Shown here piece after piece: positions 1-8,407 of a DNA stretch of 32,000 nucleotides. The stretch covers positions 4,110,001 through 4,142,000 of the forward strand of contig NC_014148.1 of NCBI RefSeq assembly GCF_000092105.1. The letters are read 5' to 3'. The notes under the pieces are model-generated. The model searched no databases. It was not told where the DNA came from and was given only the letters and a program-made list of their open reading frames with translations. A program made the position numbers and the translations under genes. Each line of letters opens with the position of its first letter. Positions within the stretch are counted from its first letter, which is position 1. This DNA is from Planctopirus limnophila DSM 3776. Lineage in GTDB: Bacteria; Planctomycetota; Planctomycetia; Planctomycetales; Planctomycetaceae.

Positions 1-32
1 AGTATTAATTCGCCGTGAGATTCAAATACCTG

Positions 33-56
33 GTGCATTCCGCGGACTCCATGCAC
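33..56. repeat. Copy 1 of a ~30-nt hairpin motif (GTGCAT-N12-ATGCAC core)
   Basis: The string is ctGGTGCATtccgcggactccATGCACtctac. Closely related strings in the same orientation occur at 6175-6202 and 18857-18880. This copy lies about 20 nt past the nrdJ terminator in the minus-strand direction. Confidence 0.6.
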
Positions 57-76
57 TCTACCTCAATCTGGACGTG

Positions 77-105
77 AAAAAAGGCCCCGACTTTTGGTCG
101 GGGCC
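77..105 (-). terminator. Rho-independent terminator of nrdJ (possibly bidirectional)
   Basis: A 9-bp GC-rich stem GGCCCCGAC/GTCGGGGCC (83-91/97-105) has a 5-nt loop. It is flanked by A6 (77-82), which gives U6 after the hairpin on the minus-strand transcript, and by TTTT on the plus side. It starts 19 nt after the nrdJ stop codon. Confidence 0.7.
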
Positions 106-123
106 TTTTCTATTCGCATGGCA

Positions 124-3100
124 CTAACTGCAGCCGAGGCTGGTGCCGCAGTTGTGGCAGAGGTAGCAGGCTCCGTTTCTTACGGTGATTGAGCCGCAAT
201 TGCTACAGGCGGGGGCGTCGGTCTGGAAGCGGCTGAACTGCTGGCTCCGGGATTGATCCAGAACATGGAGTTCAGCGTGCGTGCTTCCATTCGTTTTGCC
301 ATGGTTGGCGTGACCGTTAGACGTATGCCCGTTGGTGGTATGACTGCCGTTTGTCCCGGAGGTTGGCAGAGGTGCGTGAATTCGCTTTTCCAGTGAAGCT
401 GGCAGCTTATCACTCCCCTTGATCTCCGGCTTCAGGCTGCCGTTCAAGCCGTGTGCTTTGCCGGCCGGAGTCGCAGGTGCGGCCCCGGCCACGCGATGAC
501 TTTCGGCACTCTCGCCTTCTTCAGCAGAGGCCGCTTCGGCTCGCCGCGGGACGTTAGCCTCACGGAAGCCAGGCATGAACTGGATTGCCATCCAGCGGAA
601 GATGTAGTCAACCACACTCTTCGCGTTCGGGATATCCGGGTTCTGTGTCCAGCCCGAAGGTTCGAACCGGCTGTGCGAGAATTTCTCGACCAGGACTTCC
701 AGCGGTACGCCGTACTGGAGGCACATCGAGGTTTCCGTCCCGATGACGTCCATCAGGCCGCCGATGGTTGAACCTTCTTTAGCCATACTGATGAAGAGTT
801 CGCCCGGTGTGGCATCTTCAAACAGACCGACAGTGATGTAACCTTCATGCCCGCCCACCGAGAACTTATGCGTGAGCGAGTGGCGGGTGGTGGGCAACCG
901 GCGGCGGACAGGCTGGCCTGGAGCCACTTCCTTATTGCCATCGCCTCCCTTCTTCACGTTGAGTGGCTGGCTTTGCTTGGAACCGTCGCGATAGACAGCC
1001 AGTGCCTTCAGGCCCAGTCGCCAGCCTTCGGCATAAGCCTTTTCGATGTCTTCCACTGTCGAATCGGCAGGCATGTTGACCGTCTTGGAAATCGCACCTG
1101 AGAGGAACGGCTGAGCAGCCGCCATCATCTTGATGTGAGCACGCCACTGAATGCTGCGTGTTCCACTGGCAGGCTTGAAGGCACAGTCGAAGACTGCGAG
1201 ATGATCTGGTGAAAGATCGGTCGCCGCTTCGATGGTGTCGTGCTCTTCGATGGCCTTGACGATCCGCTCGACTTCGGGGGAATCGTAGCCAAGGGTCTTC
1301 AGAGCGAGTGGCACAGTGCGATTGACGATCTTCATCAAGCCGCCACCAGCCAATTGCTTGTACTTCACGAGAGCGATATCGGGCTCAATGCCCGTGGTAT
1401 CGCAATCCATCATGAAGGCAATGGTTCCCGTCGGTGCAAGGACTGTGGCCTGGCTGTTGCGGAAGCCGAAACGGCGACCACTATCGACCACATCATCCCA
1501 CACTTCTTCGGCTGCCTTGCGAAGTTCTTCGGGGCAAGACGAATCGATGCGATCGACGGCATCGCGATGCATACGCATCACGCGGAGCATTGGATCGGCA
1601 TTGTTGCGATAGCCCTCGAAGGGGCCGGCGAAAGCTGCAATTCGCGAAGAAGTGAGGTAAGCCTGACCGGTGAGCAGAGAGGTCAGTGCTCCGCAAATCC
1701 CGCGGCCAGCCGCACTGTCGTAAGGAATGCCCATCGACATGAGGAGGCTGCCCAGGTTGGCATAGCCCAGACCAAGCGGACGGTACTTGTGGCTGTTGGC
1801 AGCGATCTGTGGAGTCGGATAGCTGGCGTGATCGACCAGAATTTCCTGGGCTGTCAGGAAGATATTGATCGCGGAACGGTAGCGTTCGACATCGAAGCGA
1901 CCATCTTCCCGCTGGAACTTGCGCAAGTTCAAGCTGGCAAGGTTACAAGCGGTATCATCGAGGAACATGTATTCCGAGCAGGGGTTCGATGCATTGATGC
2001 GACCATCGTTCGGGCAGGTGTGCCAGCGATTGATGATCGTATCGAACTGAACGCCAGGGTCACCGCAATGCCAGGCACCTTCGGCCATTTGCCGCATGAC
2101 GTAGCGAGCTTCGTAGGCAGGGCCGGGCTTGGTGGCATCTGTGACCCAGTGAGTGACCCATTTCTTGTTTTCTTCGTAAGCCCGCATGAACTCATCGCTC
2201 AGGCGAACGGAGAGATTGGCGTTCTGATACATGATCGAGCCGTAGGCTTCGCCGTTGAAGTTCGAATCGTACTCACCGGATTCGATCAGCACGCGAGCCT
2301 TCTTCTCTTCTTTGAGCTTGCACTGGATGAACTCGAGGATATCTGGATGCCAGTCCTTGAGCGACTGCATTTTGGCTGCCCGGCGTGTCTTGCCGCCCGA
2401 TTTCACAACAGCCGCAATCTGATCGTAAACTCTCATGAACGAGAGTGGGCCGGAAGGAGTTCCACCGCCCGAAAGCTTTTCTTTCGCACTGCGGATGGAG
2501 GAGAGGTCAGTCCCGGTGCCGGAGCCGAACTTGAAGAGCATGGCTTCGCTGGTGGCGAGGCGCATGATGTCTTCCATGTTGTCATCGACTGACTGAATGA
2601 AGCAGGCACTGGCCTGAGGAAATTCATAGGAAGTTTCCGCACGGACGACCTCTTGAGTTTTGAGATCGAAGCGGTAGTTCCCTTTGGACCCCGCCACACC
2701 ATACTGATGGTAGAGCCCGACGTTGAACCACACGGGCGAGTTGAAGCTGCCGTACTGATGGAGACAGAGCCAGGCGAGTTCGTTGTAGAAGTTCTCGCCA
2801 TCTTCCCGGCTGGCGAAGTAGCCATCGGCGATACCCCAGTCGGCAATCGTGCGGGCCACGCGATTGATCACCTGGCGGACGCTGGTTTCGCGCTCCGAGG
2901 TGCCGTGCTCGCCATAGAAGTACTTACTGACGACGACGTTGGTGGCCAGTGGGCTCCAGTGAGCAGGAATTTCGCAATCCTTCTGCTCGAACAGCACCTT
3001 GCCGTTTTCGTCCTTAATGAAGGCGGAACGGAGTTCCCATTCACTGGTCGAAAAAGGATCGACACCTTCGGGACAGAACTCAGGACGAATCCGCATGGGT

Positions 3101-3240
3101 GCAGCTTCCGGAAGTGGTCGCGATGTTCCCATCGGAAAACTAGGCCGGGAGCTGGGGGCATTTGTCGGACGGAGGCCGACGGGGGAAAGTTCAGACGTCG
3201 CAAGTCCTTTTTGTTCGTGCATCGTGCACTCCATATCCAT
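124..3240 (-). CDS. nrdJ: Class II (adenosylcobalamin-dependent) ribonucleotide reductase
   Basis: The 1038-aa ORF starts with ATG. Recognisable RNR core strings include WSPLATNVVVSKYFYG, FNSPVWFNVG, NPCSEYMFLDDTACNLASLNL (active-site Cys/Glu loop), TTGIEPD and SKTVNMP. The C-terminal Cys-rich tail CSNC...CYLCHNC...GC is typical of class II RNR zinc-finger tails. Confidence 0.95.
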   Translation of the reverse strand: MDMECTMHEQKGLATSELSPVGLRPTNAPSSRPSFPMGTSRPLPEAAPMRIRPEFCPEGVDPFSTSEWELRSAFIKDENGKVLFEQKDCEIPAHWSPLATNVVVSKYFYGEHGTSERETSVRQVINRVARTIADWGIADGYFASREDGENFYNELAWLCLHQYGSFNSPVWFNVGLYHQYGVAGSKGNYRFDLKTQEVVRAETSYEFPQASACFIQSVDDNMEDIMRLATSEAMLFKFGSGTGTDLSSIRSAKEKLSGGGTPSGPLSFMRVYDQIAAVVKSGGKTRRAAKMQSLKDWHPDILEFIQCKLKEEKKARVLIESGEYDSNFNGEAYGSIMYQNANLSVRLSDEFMRAYEENKKWVTHWVTDATKPGPAYEARYVMRQMAEGAWHCGDPGVQFDTIINRWHTCPNDGRINASNPCSEYMFLDDTACNLASLNLRKFQREDGRFDVERYRSAINIFLTAQEILVDHASYPTPQIAANSHKYRPLGLGYANLGSLLMSMGIPYDSAAGRGICGALTSLLTGQAYLTSSRIAAFAGPFEGYRNNADPMLRVMRMHRDAVDRIDSSCPEELRKAAEEVWDDVVDSGRRFGFRNSQATVLAPTGTIAFMMDCDTTGIEPDIALVKYKQLAGGGLMKIVNRTVPLALKTLGYDSPEVERIVKAIEEHDTIEAATDLSPDHLAVFDCAFKPASGTRSIQWRAHIKMMAAAQPFLSGAISKTVNMPADSTVEDIEKAYAEGWRLGLKALAVYRDGSKQSQPLNVKKGGDGNKEVAPGQPVRRRLPTTRHSLTHKFSVGGHEGYITVGLFEDATPGELFISMAKEGSTIGGLMDVIGTETSMCLQYGVPLEVLVEKFSHSRFEPSGWTQNPDIPNAKSVVDYIFRWMAIQFMPGFREANVPRRAEAASAEEGESAESHRVAGAAPATPAGKAHGLNGSLKPEIKGSDKLPASLEKRIHAPLPTSGTNGSHTTNGHTSNGHANHGKTNGSTHAELHVLDQSRSQQFSRFQTDAPACSNCGSITVRNGACYLCHNCGTSLGCS

Positions 3241-3849
3241 GGGTTAGGGGTTGAAAATCAGCCTGCCATACCAGCAGACTATACATTATATCACTGCGCA
3301 CAAATAGACACATCTATCGGCCAGTGCCTGCTTTTCAGTACAGTGGAAACTCACAAAACCGGCGTCGCATCACTGCGACGCTGCGTCGTCATCTCCATGA
3401 CCACTCGAGAGAGGAGCCAGGGAACTACCAAGGTGCTCAAAACACAATTCGTGAATTGTTCGATGCCGGTACAGAACGCAGTCCTTGCTCCGACATTCGG
3501 GCAGATTGCCCAGTAGAAGTATTTCGACAGAAAACCACAACCTCTTGTGTGAAACAGTAGCCATTTCAACAAGATGTTGACTGCTACTGTGATCCCCACG
3601 ATACCCCGCCAGAAAAGATTGTCAAGCTCTCTTCGCACTCAATCTTGTGGGTCAAGTGGCTCAATCAACCACAAGTGATGGTGGATTTTGGATTTACCAG
3701 CCGTGAGAGAATTTCTGGCCGTGAAGATCGCTTCACAAACACTCCCTGAGAAGGATTGCGCAGTTTTCCCAGGTTCTCGAAAGACGACTTTCAAGTGATC
3801 TCGTAAAAACGCTGCTTTGGCCAAAAACAGTCTGCAGGATGAAGGGTAT

Positions 3850-3891
3850 AACTGTTGAAAACACCTTGTTTTTCAGGTGTTTTCAACAGTT
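3850..3891. other. Perfect 17-bp inverted repeat (stem-loop), function unknown
   Basis: AACTGTTGAAAACACCT (3850-3866), an 8-nt loop tgtttttc, then AGGTGTTTTCAACAGTT (3875-3891). It lies in the ~950-bp gene-poor spacer between the divergent nrdJ and the 4193 ORF. Confidence 0.8.
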
Positions 3892-4192
3892 CTGGACGGC
3901 CATGCGAACTTTGCCAAGGCTCAATTCGGCTCTTCAAAACTATTGAACCGCAATCTTTACCCTGAGCCAGGCCGCAAAAACTGCCGCTCCTACTGGGGTG
4001 AGTTCACCTTGCTGCCCCAAGGCATTGTCTCGTAACCTTCCGAGGAGATTTCTCATCATGCCAAATGCTTGTGAGTGATCGTCATCGGCCTTTCCAGACG
4101 ATGTAATCCCACCTTTCACCTACCCTGCCTACTGCTCTTCCTGTCTGCCGCTCTTCTCCTACGCTTTCGCCCCGCTCTGCGGAAAAATTTCC

Positions 4193-5275
4193 ATGTGGTG
4201 CCCTCAGTGCCAAGCCGATGTTGCTGCTGTGTTGATGCCGGATCACCGGCATTCACGATGCACGCATTGCGGAATGACATTGGCCGCCCGGCTCTCGACA
4301 CCCACGATACCGCAGGATCAAGAAACTAATCCGCCAGGAACTTTGCCTGCACCAGCGAGCTTAAATCTTCTTCGAGACGAAACATCAACGCGTAATGTGC
4401 GCGACGTTCTGGCCCGCTGGTCGACGCCACAGGCTTTGGAATCCCTGGATCGTCCCTTTCTCCCGGATCTCTCTGCCAGCCCATTACGAACCAGCAAGAC
4501 GCCAGCACCTCATTCCATCACTCGCGAACCTGCCGCTGAGCCGCCTACGAAGACTTCCACCGCTGCATCGAACTTCCCAAATAACGATGCTCCAACTCCT
4601 CCTTATGCGGCAGAGACGCTTCCCGTTCATCCGCAGGCTGCTCGCCGGGTTGATCTTTCGCATGGTGAGGGAGCACCACCCAAGCCGAAACATCGCCCCA
4701 AACGGCGAACCGACACGAAGGCGGTTCAGCGTCGCTTTGATCAACAGCAGTCGCGAATGGCCGGAAGAGGTCCGCATTTTGATGTGCGACTTCTGAGGGA
4801 ACTTGAGCAGGGACAGTACTCTTCCCACGCTATGCACGCATCGCCCACTCAGGCTCATCTACAGAAAGAATTGGCCAGTCTGCAACAAGCGAAAACCGAA
4901 AAGCCATTTAACTGGGGAATTGTCTCTGGTCAGGTCTGTGCCTATCTGGGTGTGGCCTTACTGACCTGTGGAACGTCGCTTGTGCTTTGGAGTCATTTTG
5001 GTGGCCCCGTCGAGCATGCACCGACTGGCTGGCTCATGACCACAGCAGGCCAGATGCTGCTCTTTCTGGGGGTTGTGACATTAGTTTCCTCCGGGATGGA
5101 ACAGACGACAGACGAAGTGGCCACGCGCATTCAGACACTGGGCGAAAAGATCCTGCGACTGGAAATCGCACAGAGAGAGTCGCATCTGCAGGCTCCTCAT
5201 TATGCCGGCAGTCGGCTGCGTACGAAGACCAAGTCGAGTGCTGGGCGGCCTGTTCGCCGCCGCGAAGAAGAGTAA
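4193..5275 (+). CDS. Hypothetical membrane protein with N-terminal zinc-ribbon
   Basis: The 360-aa ORF starts with ATG. Its N-terminus has CPQC-x17-CTHC, followed by a long Pro/Thr/Ala-rich region. Two hydrophobic helices (FNWGIVSGQVCAYLGVALLTCGTSLVLW, GWLMTTAGQMLLFLGVVTLVSSG) and a charged C-terminal helix follow. I recognise no family. Confidence 0.6.
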   Translation: MWCPQCQADVAAVLMPDHRHSRCTHCGMTLAARLSTPTIPQDQETNPPGTLPAPASLNLLRDETSTRNVRDVLARWSTPQALESLDRPFLPDLSASPLRTSKTPAPHSITREPAAEPPTKTSTAASNFPNNDAPTPPYAAETLPVHPQAARRVDLSHGEGAPPKPKHRPKRRTDTKAVQRRFDQQQSRMAGRGPHFDVRLLRELEQGQYSSHAMHASPTQAHLQKELASLQQAKTEKPFNWGIVSGQVCAYLGVALLTCGTSLVLWSHFGGPVEHAPTGWLMTTAGQMLLFLGVVTLVSSGMEQTTDEVATRIQTLGEKILRLEIAQRESHLQAPHYAGSRLRTKTKSSAGRPVRRREEE

Positions 5276-5374
5276 AGCTCGTATTTCAGATCCTCAATTA
5301 TCTATAAATATTATAACAGACTCTGCGTATATGCGTCTGGAGTTCACCTGTGATCAGGGTGAAACAGGAACAAC

Positions 5375-6112
5375 ATGATGAAAACTCAGACGATATTAAA
5401 CTGGGCTATCTGCTGCGGTCTGGTTGTAACCCCACTGGCTTGCACATCGACCAAGACGACAAATACGTCCCGTACGGCACGTGAGCAGTTACTGATTTCC
5501 AACGCAATTGATCATGCTCTCGAAAAGGTCGATTTGTCGACAATTCAAGGAGCGAACCTCTATATCGAGGAAAAATATCTCGAAGGGGTCGATAAAGCCT
5601 ACCTCGTCGGTTCGCTACGTCATCGCGCCATGCTGGCTGGGGCGAATATCGTCGCGAAAGCTGAAGACGCTGATATTGTCCTCGAACTGCGGTCGGGTTC
5701 TATCGGTACTGATTCGGCAGACTCATTTATCGGTTCACCCGAGATTACACTCCCTGGGATGCTGACACTTCCTGAAGTGCGACTTGTCAGCCGGTCACGT
5801 CAAACCGCGACCGCGAAACTGGGGTTACTGGCTTACGATCCCAAAAGTAAGCAGCTTCTGGGCCAGGGTGGGGTTTCATCAGCACAATCGGATGATAACA
5901 ACATCTTCGTTTTCGGTGTCGGGCCTTATCATTACGGTACCGTCAAAGAGGAAGTGGAGCGAACCGCCACACCACCTGCCACAACCGCTCAACAACTCCC
6001 CTCGCAAGTCGCTTTTCGTGGAACACGGCCCATGGGTTCGGCCATTGCCCGGGAGGTTAATGAGGAAGGCTCAGTTCAACTCACCGGCGACCAGCGACCG
6101 GCCGATGAATAG
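5375..6112 (+). CDS. Hypothetical lipoprotein
   Basis: The 245-aa ORF has a signal peptide with a lipobox-like VVTPLAC|TS. Coding-like composition runs throughout. I recognise no family. Confidence 0.65.
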   Translation: MMKTQTILNWAICCGLVVTPLACTSTKTTNTSRTAREQLLISNAIDHALEKVDLSTIQGANLYIEEKYLEGVDKAYLVGSLRHRAMLAGANIVAKAEDADIVLELRSGSIGTDSADSFIGSPEITLPGMLTLPEVRLVSRSRQTATAKLGLLAYDPKSKQLLGQGGVSSAQSDDNNIFVFGVGPYHYGTVKEEVERTATPPATTAQQLPSQVAFRGTRPMGSAIAREVNEEGSVQLTGDQRPADE

Positions 6113-6174
6113 TTAGTGGCATTCGTCTCGCAGGGTGAATACAAATGTACCAATGAGATATTTAGCGAGTCTCT

Positions 6175-6202
6175 GGTGCATTCCGTCGGAACTTCATGCA
6201 CC
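6175..6202. repeat. Copy 2 of the ~30-nt hairpin motif
   Basis: The string is ctGGTGCATtccgtcggaacttcATGCACCctac, with a 7-bp stem GGTGCAT/ATGCACC. It lies in a convergent intergenic region about 40 nt past the stop of the minus-strand gene 6244-6918. Confidence 0.6.
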
Positions 6203-6243
6203 CTACATTAGATGCACTTGATATAATCAACTCTCAGCGATGT

Positions 6244-6918
6244 TCAATACGAGCTACTCAGGCTGTCTTTGAACCAGTTCTCAAACTGTGTTGGCCACAT
6301 CGTCGTTGGCCGACCGAATTGATAAAAACTGACCTTGCTATTGGGTTGGATCACCAGCGACATCCTGCGTCCCTGGATCTTCAAACTCACGATCCTGGTG
6401 CGAGGTAACCACAAGGCTGTCGGACGTTCCATCCAGCGGGTGGCAAGCTCGATCGGTGTGATGGTTCCTGGAAGAGTTATCGATGCACTCTTTTCAGGAG
6501 AAGAGTCGAGCGTTTGTGGCGGCAGATCATTCGTAAACGATGTTTGACCTGCAGGATGAAACGCTTGTTCTGGTGATTTTCGCTGTGGTAAAGAACCCGG
6601 TTGCCGCCAGCAGAAACCAAGACTCCACCAGGTTCGATGCGACGCTGTTTTGAAACTGATTTTATGCGTCTCAAGCCATTCAATTTCGGGAAGCCAGGCC
6701 AAACCAATCGATGTCAGAATCAATGACCCATGGACCAACGACTGCCTGCGTTGAATAGCGATCGATGGTTGTTCGAGTAGTACGGCACCAAATCGGTCAG
6801 CAAGCTCACTGGTTGTCAGGTCAGGTTCAGAGAGATTCAATACGCTTGTACAGAAGGGACACCGTCCATATTGAGGTGACTCCCAGTTCAGACATTGGCG
6901 GCAAAGCATCAGCGTCAC
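6244..6918 (-). CDS. Hypothetical protein with N-terminal zinc-ribbon
   Basis: The 224-aa ORF has CRQC-x11-CPFC at the N-terminus. The rest is not recognisable by eye. Confidence 0.55.
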   Translation of the reverse strand: MTLMLCRQCLNWESPQYGRCPFCTSVLNLSEPDLTTSELADRFGAVLLEQPSIAIQRRQSLVHGSLILTSIGLAWLPEIEWLETHKISFKTASHRTWWSLGFCWRQPGSLPQRKSPEQAFHPAGQTSFTNDLPPQTLDSSPEKSASITLPGTITPIELATRWMERPTALWLPRTRIVSLKIQGRRMSLVIQPNSKVSFYQFGRPTTMWPTQFENWFKDSLSSSY

Positions 6919-7031
6919 AGCCGTCTCCCGCCAATAATTTACTCACAAGTCAAGATCTAAGAGTTATCAATCAGAAAGTGCATGTTCAATAGACAGTTAT
7001 AGTCACACACTCTATCGACACGTTGAGAGAA

Positions 7032-7814
7032 CTATTGCTGGCCAGATTCCCGATTTGACCACCAGGGAAGGCTGACACCACCATCGATCAAGAGTGTGCT
7101 ACCCGTCATATAGGCGGCGTCATCACTGAGTGCAAAGGCTACTGCCTTTCCAATCTCTTCGGGTTGTCCCAGCCGACCAAAGGGGAGTTTTCTGGCTCCT
7201 TCGGCTAATTGCTCTTCGGTAAAAAACTTACGTTCGCCGGGTGTATCAATCCAGCCGGGGTGAATGATATTGATGCGGATGCGATGGGGTGCCAGTTCGA
7301 TAGCCGCAGTGCGGGCCATGTGGTCGATCGCCGCCTTCGCCATGTTATAGGCCATGGCTGTCGGGATGGCGATGACGGCGTGGGGTGAACTGATCACTGC
7401 CATTGCTCCGCCTTGCCCTTGAGCGACCATTTTCAGTGCCGCAGCACGCACGCCATAGAACGCGCCCCACATGCAGACATCAATCGTGCGACGGAACCCA
7501 TCGAGATTGGCTTTAAGCATCGGCTCACGATCACTATAGACCGCATTCGAGACAAACAGATCCAGACTGCCCAGCGCCTGGGCGGTCTCGTCGATCATTC
7601 GTTCAATCACCTCCTGCTGTGAGACATCGCCCTGAAAGATCACTGCCTTCCGGCCCAGTGCTTCAATCTCCCGAGCAAGCGATTCGGCTTCGTCCCGATT
7701 GCTGAAATAATTGATCGCCACATTGGCCCCGGCCCGTGCCAACTCAATCGCACAACCTCGACCAATCCCGCGAGACGAACCAGTGACCAATGCATTCTTG
7801 CCAAGAAGTTTCAT
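7032..7814 (-). CDS. Short-chain dehydrogenase/reductase (SDR) family oxidoreductase, FabG-like
   Basis: It has the TGSSRGIG glycine-rich NAD(P) motif, an NAV segment and a catalytic YNMAK (YxxxK). The length fits a classical SDR. I chose the ATG at 7814 (MKLLGKNALVTG) over the ORF-track start at 7838. Confidence 0.9.
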   Translation of the reverse strand: MKLLGKNALVTGSSRGIGRGCAIELARAGANVAINYFSNRDEAESLAREIEALGRKAVIFQGDVSQQEVIERMIDETAQALGSLDLFVSNAVYSDREPMLKANLDGFRRTIDVCMWGAFYGVRAAALKMVAQGQGGAMAVISSPHAVIAIPTAMAYNMAKAAIDHMARTAAIELAPHRIRINIIHPGWIDTPGERKFFTEEQLAEGARKLPFGRLGQPEEIGKAVAFALSDDAAYMTGSTLLIDGGVSLPWWSNRESGQQ

Positions 7815-7915
7815 ATTGTGTCTTTTCAGTGCCAACACAAGATCGGTCTAATATGCAGGCTGTTTTGTAAGGCTCTGCTCTGGATGAACTTAACAATTCT
7901 ACTGAGAGCAGGCGA

Positions 7916-8224
7916 GTGGCTGAACTCTATTCTCGCGAGGAATACACCGTGGATTCGAAAAGTGCGGCGGTTCTGGGGATCAGTTTTGGGCTGACTTTGG
8001 GCGGAGCGGTGGTTCTGGCTTCGTATGTGGCCGCCAAGGCTCAACCGATGGCTGTGCCGCGTGTGGGAACTGGTAATTCCTCTGTGATTGGCCGGTATCA
8101 GATCGCAGGAATTCCTGGCCATGCGTATGTGCTCGATACCGCCACTGGCCAGGTTTGGGAAGATTTTGCTCCGACGAGCGAGGGGGCTCGTGACCATGAG
8201 TTCAAGCGAGTCAAACTCAAATAG
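7916..8224 (+). CDS. Hypothetical small membrane-anchored/secreted protein
   Basis: The 102-aa ORF starts with GTG. One hydrophobic segment (AAVLGISFGLTLGGAVVLASYVAA) is followed by a soluble domain. No family is recognised. Confidence 0.45.
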   Translation: MAELYSREEYTVDSKSAAVLGISFGLTLGGAVVLASYVAAKAQPMAVPRVGTGNSSVIGRYQIAGIPGHAYVLDTATGQVWEDFAPTSEGARDHEFKRVKLK

Positions 8225-8301
8225 CACACCTGAATCGCATCGCTCCGCGATCTTTGCCACCCATCATTCGATCAACAGATGGTAATCTTCTAAGGCGGCA
8301 T

Positions 8302-8405
8302 CTCATACGGTCGCCAAGAAACAATTGCGCGTTGTTGGTCGCGAAAACATGCTTGCCCAGAGCTGCAAGCATGGCACACAGATCGCCATTTTTTCATGGA
8401 AAGCG
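8302..8405. repeat. Copy A of a ~100-nt structured intergenic repeat
   Basis: By hand alignment to 18734-18838 in the same orientation, about 89% of ~100 nt are identical, and roughly 75 of 79 in the core. It contains the identical hairpin CATGCTTGC-ccagagct-GCAAGCATG and directly abuts the cysA stop codon. Confidence 0.75.
8344..8373 (-). terminator. Candidate intrinsic terminator of the sulfate transporter operon (inside repeat copy A)
   Basis: On the minus-strand transcript the 9-bp stem (8348-8356/8365-8373, 8-nt loop) is followed by UUUU (A-run 8344-8347). It lies about 35 nt after the cysA stop. Confidence 0.5.
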
Positions 8406-8407
8406 AA

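Noticed and set aside
1240-2592. 450-aa plus-strand ORF, plus other long ORFs inside 124-3240
   Set aside because: It lies entirely antisense to the strongly recognisable nrdJ CDS. The translated sequence is low-complexity with no motifs, which is typical of a shadow ORF in a GC-biased coding region.
3241-3640. Cobalamin riboswitch or NrdR boxes upstream of nrdJ
   Set aside because: I looked for a B12-box-like GCCACTG core and for two tandem 16-bp NrdR palindromes (acaCwAtATaTwGtgt). I found only an A/T-rich stretch (3280-3294) and an ATAGA-N4-TCTAT palindrome, neither of which fits the consensus or spacing convincingly. A B12 riboswitch would also be unexpected on a B12-dependent RNR.
3351-3824. 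Small minus-strand ORFs (95 aa and 61 aa) upstream of nrdJ
   Set aside because: They have no recognisable features, odd composition and overlap each other's frames with competing ORFs. I treat them as part of a long non-coding leader/spacer.
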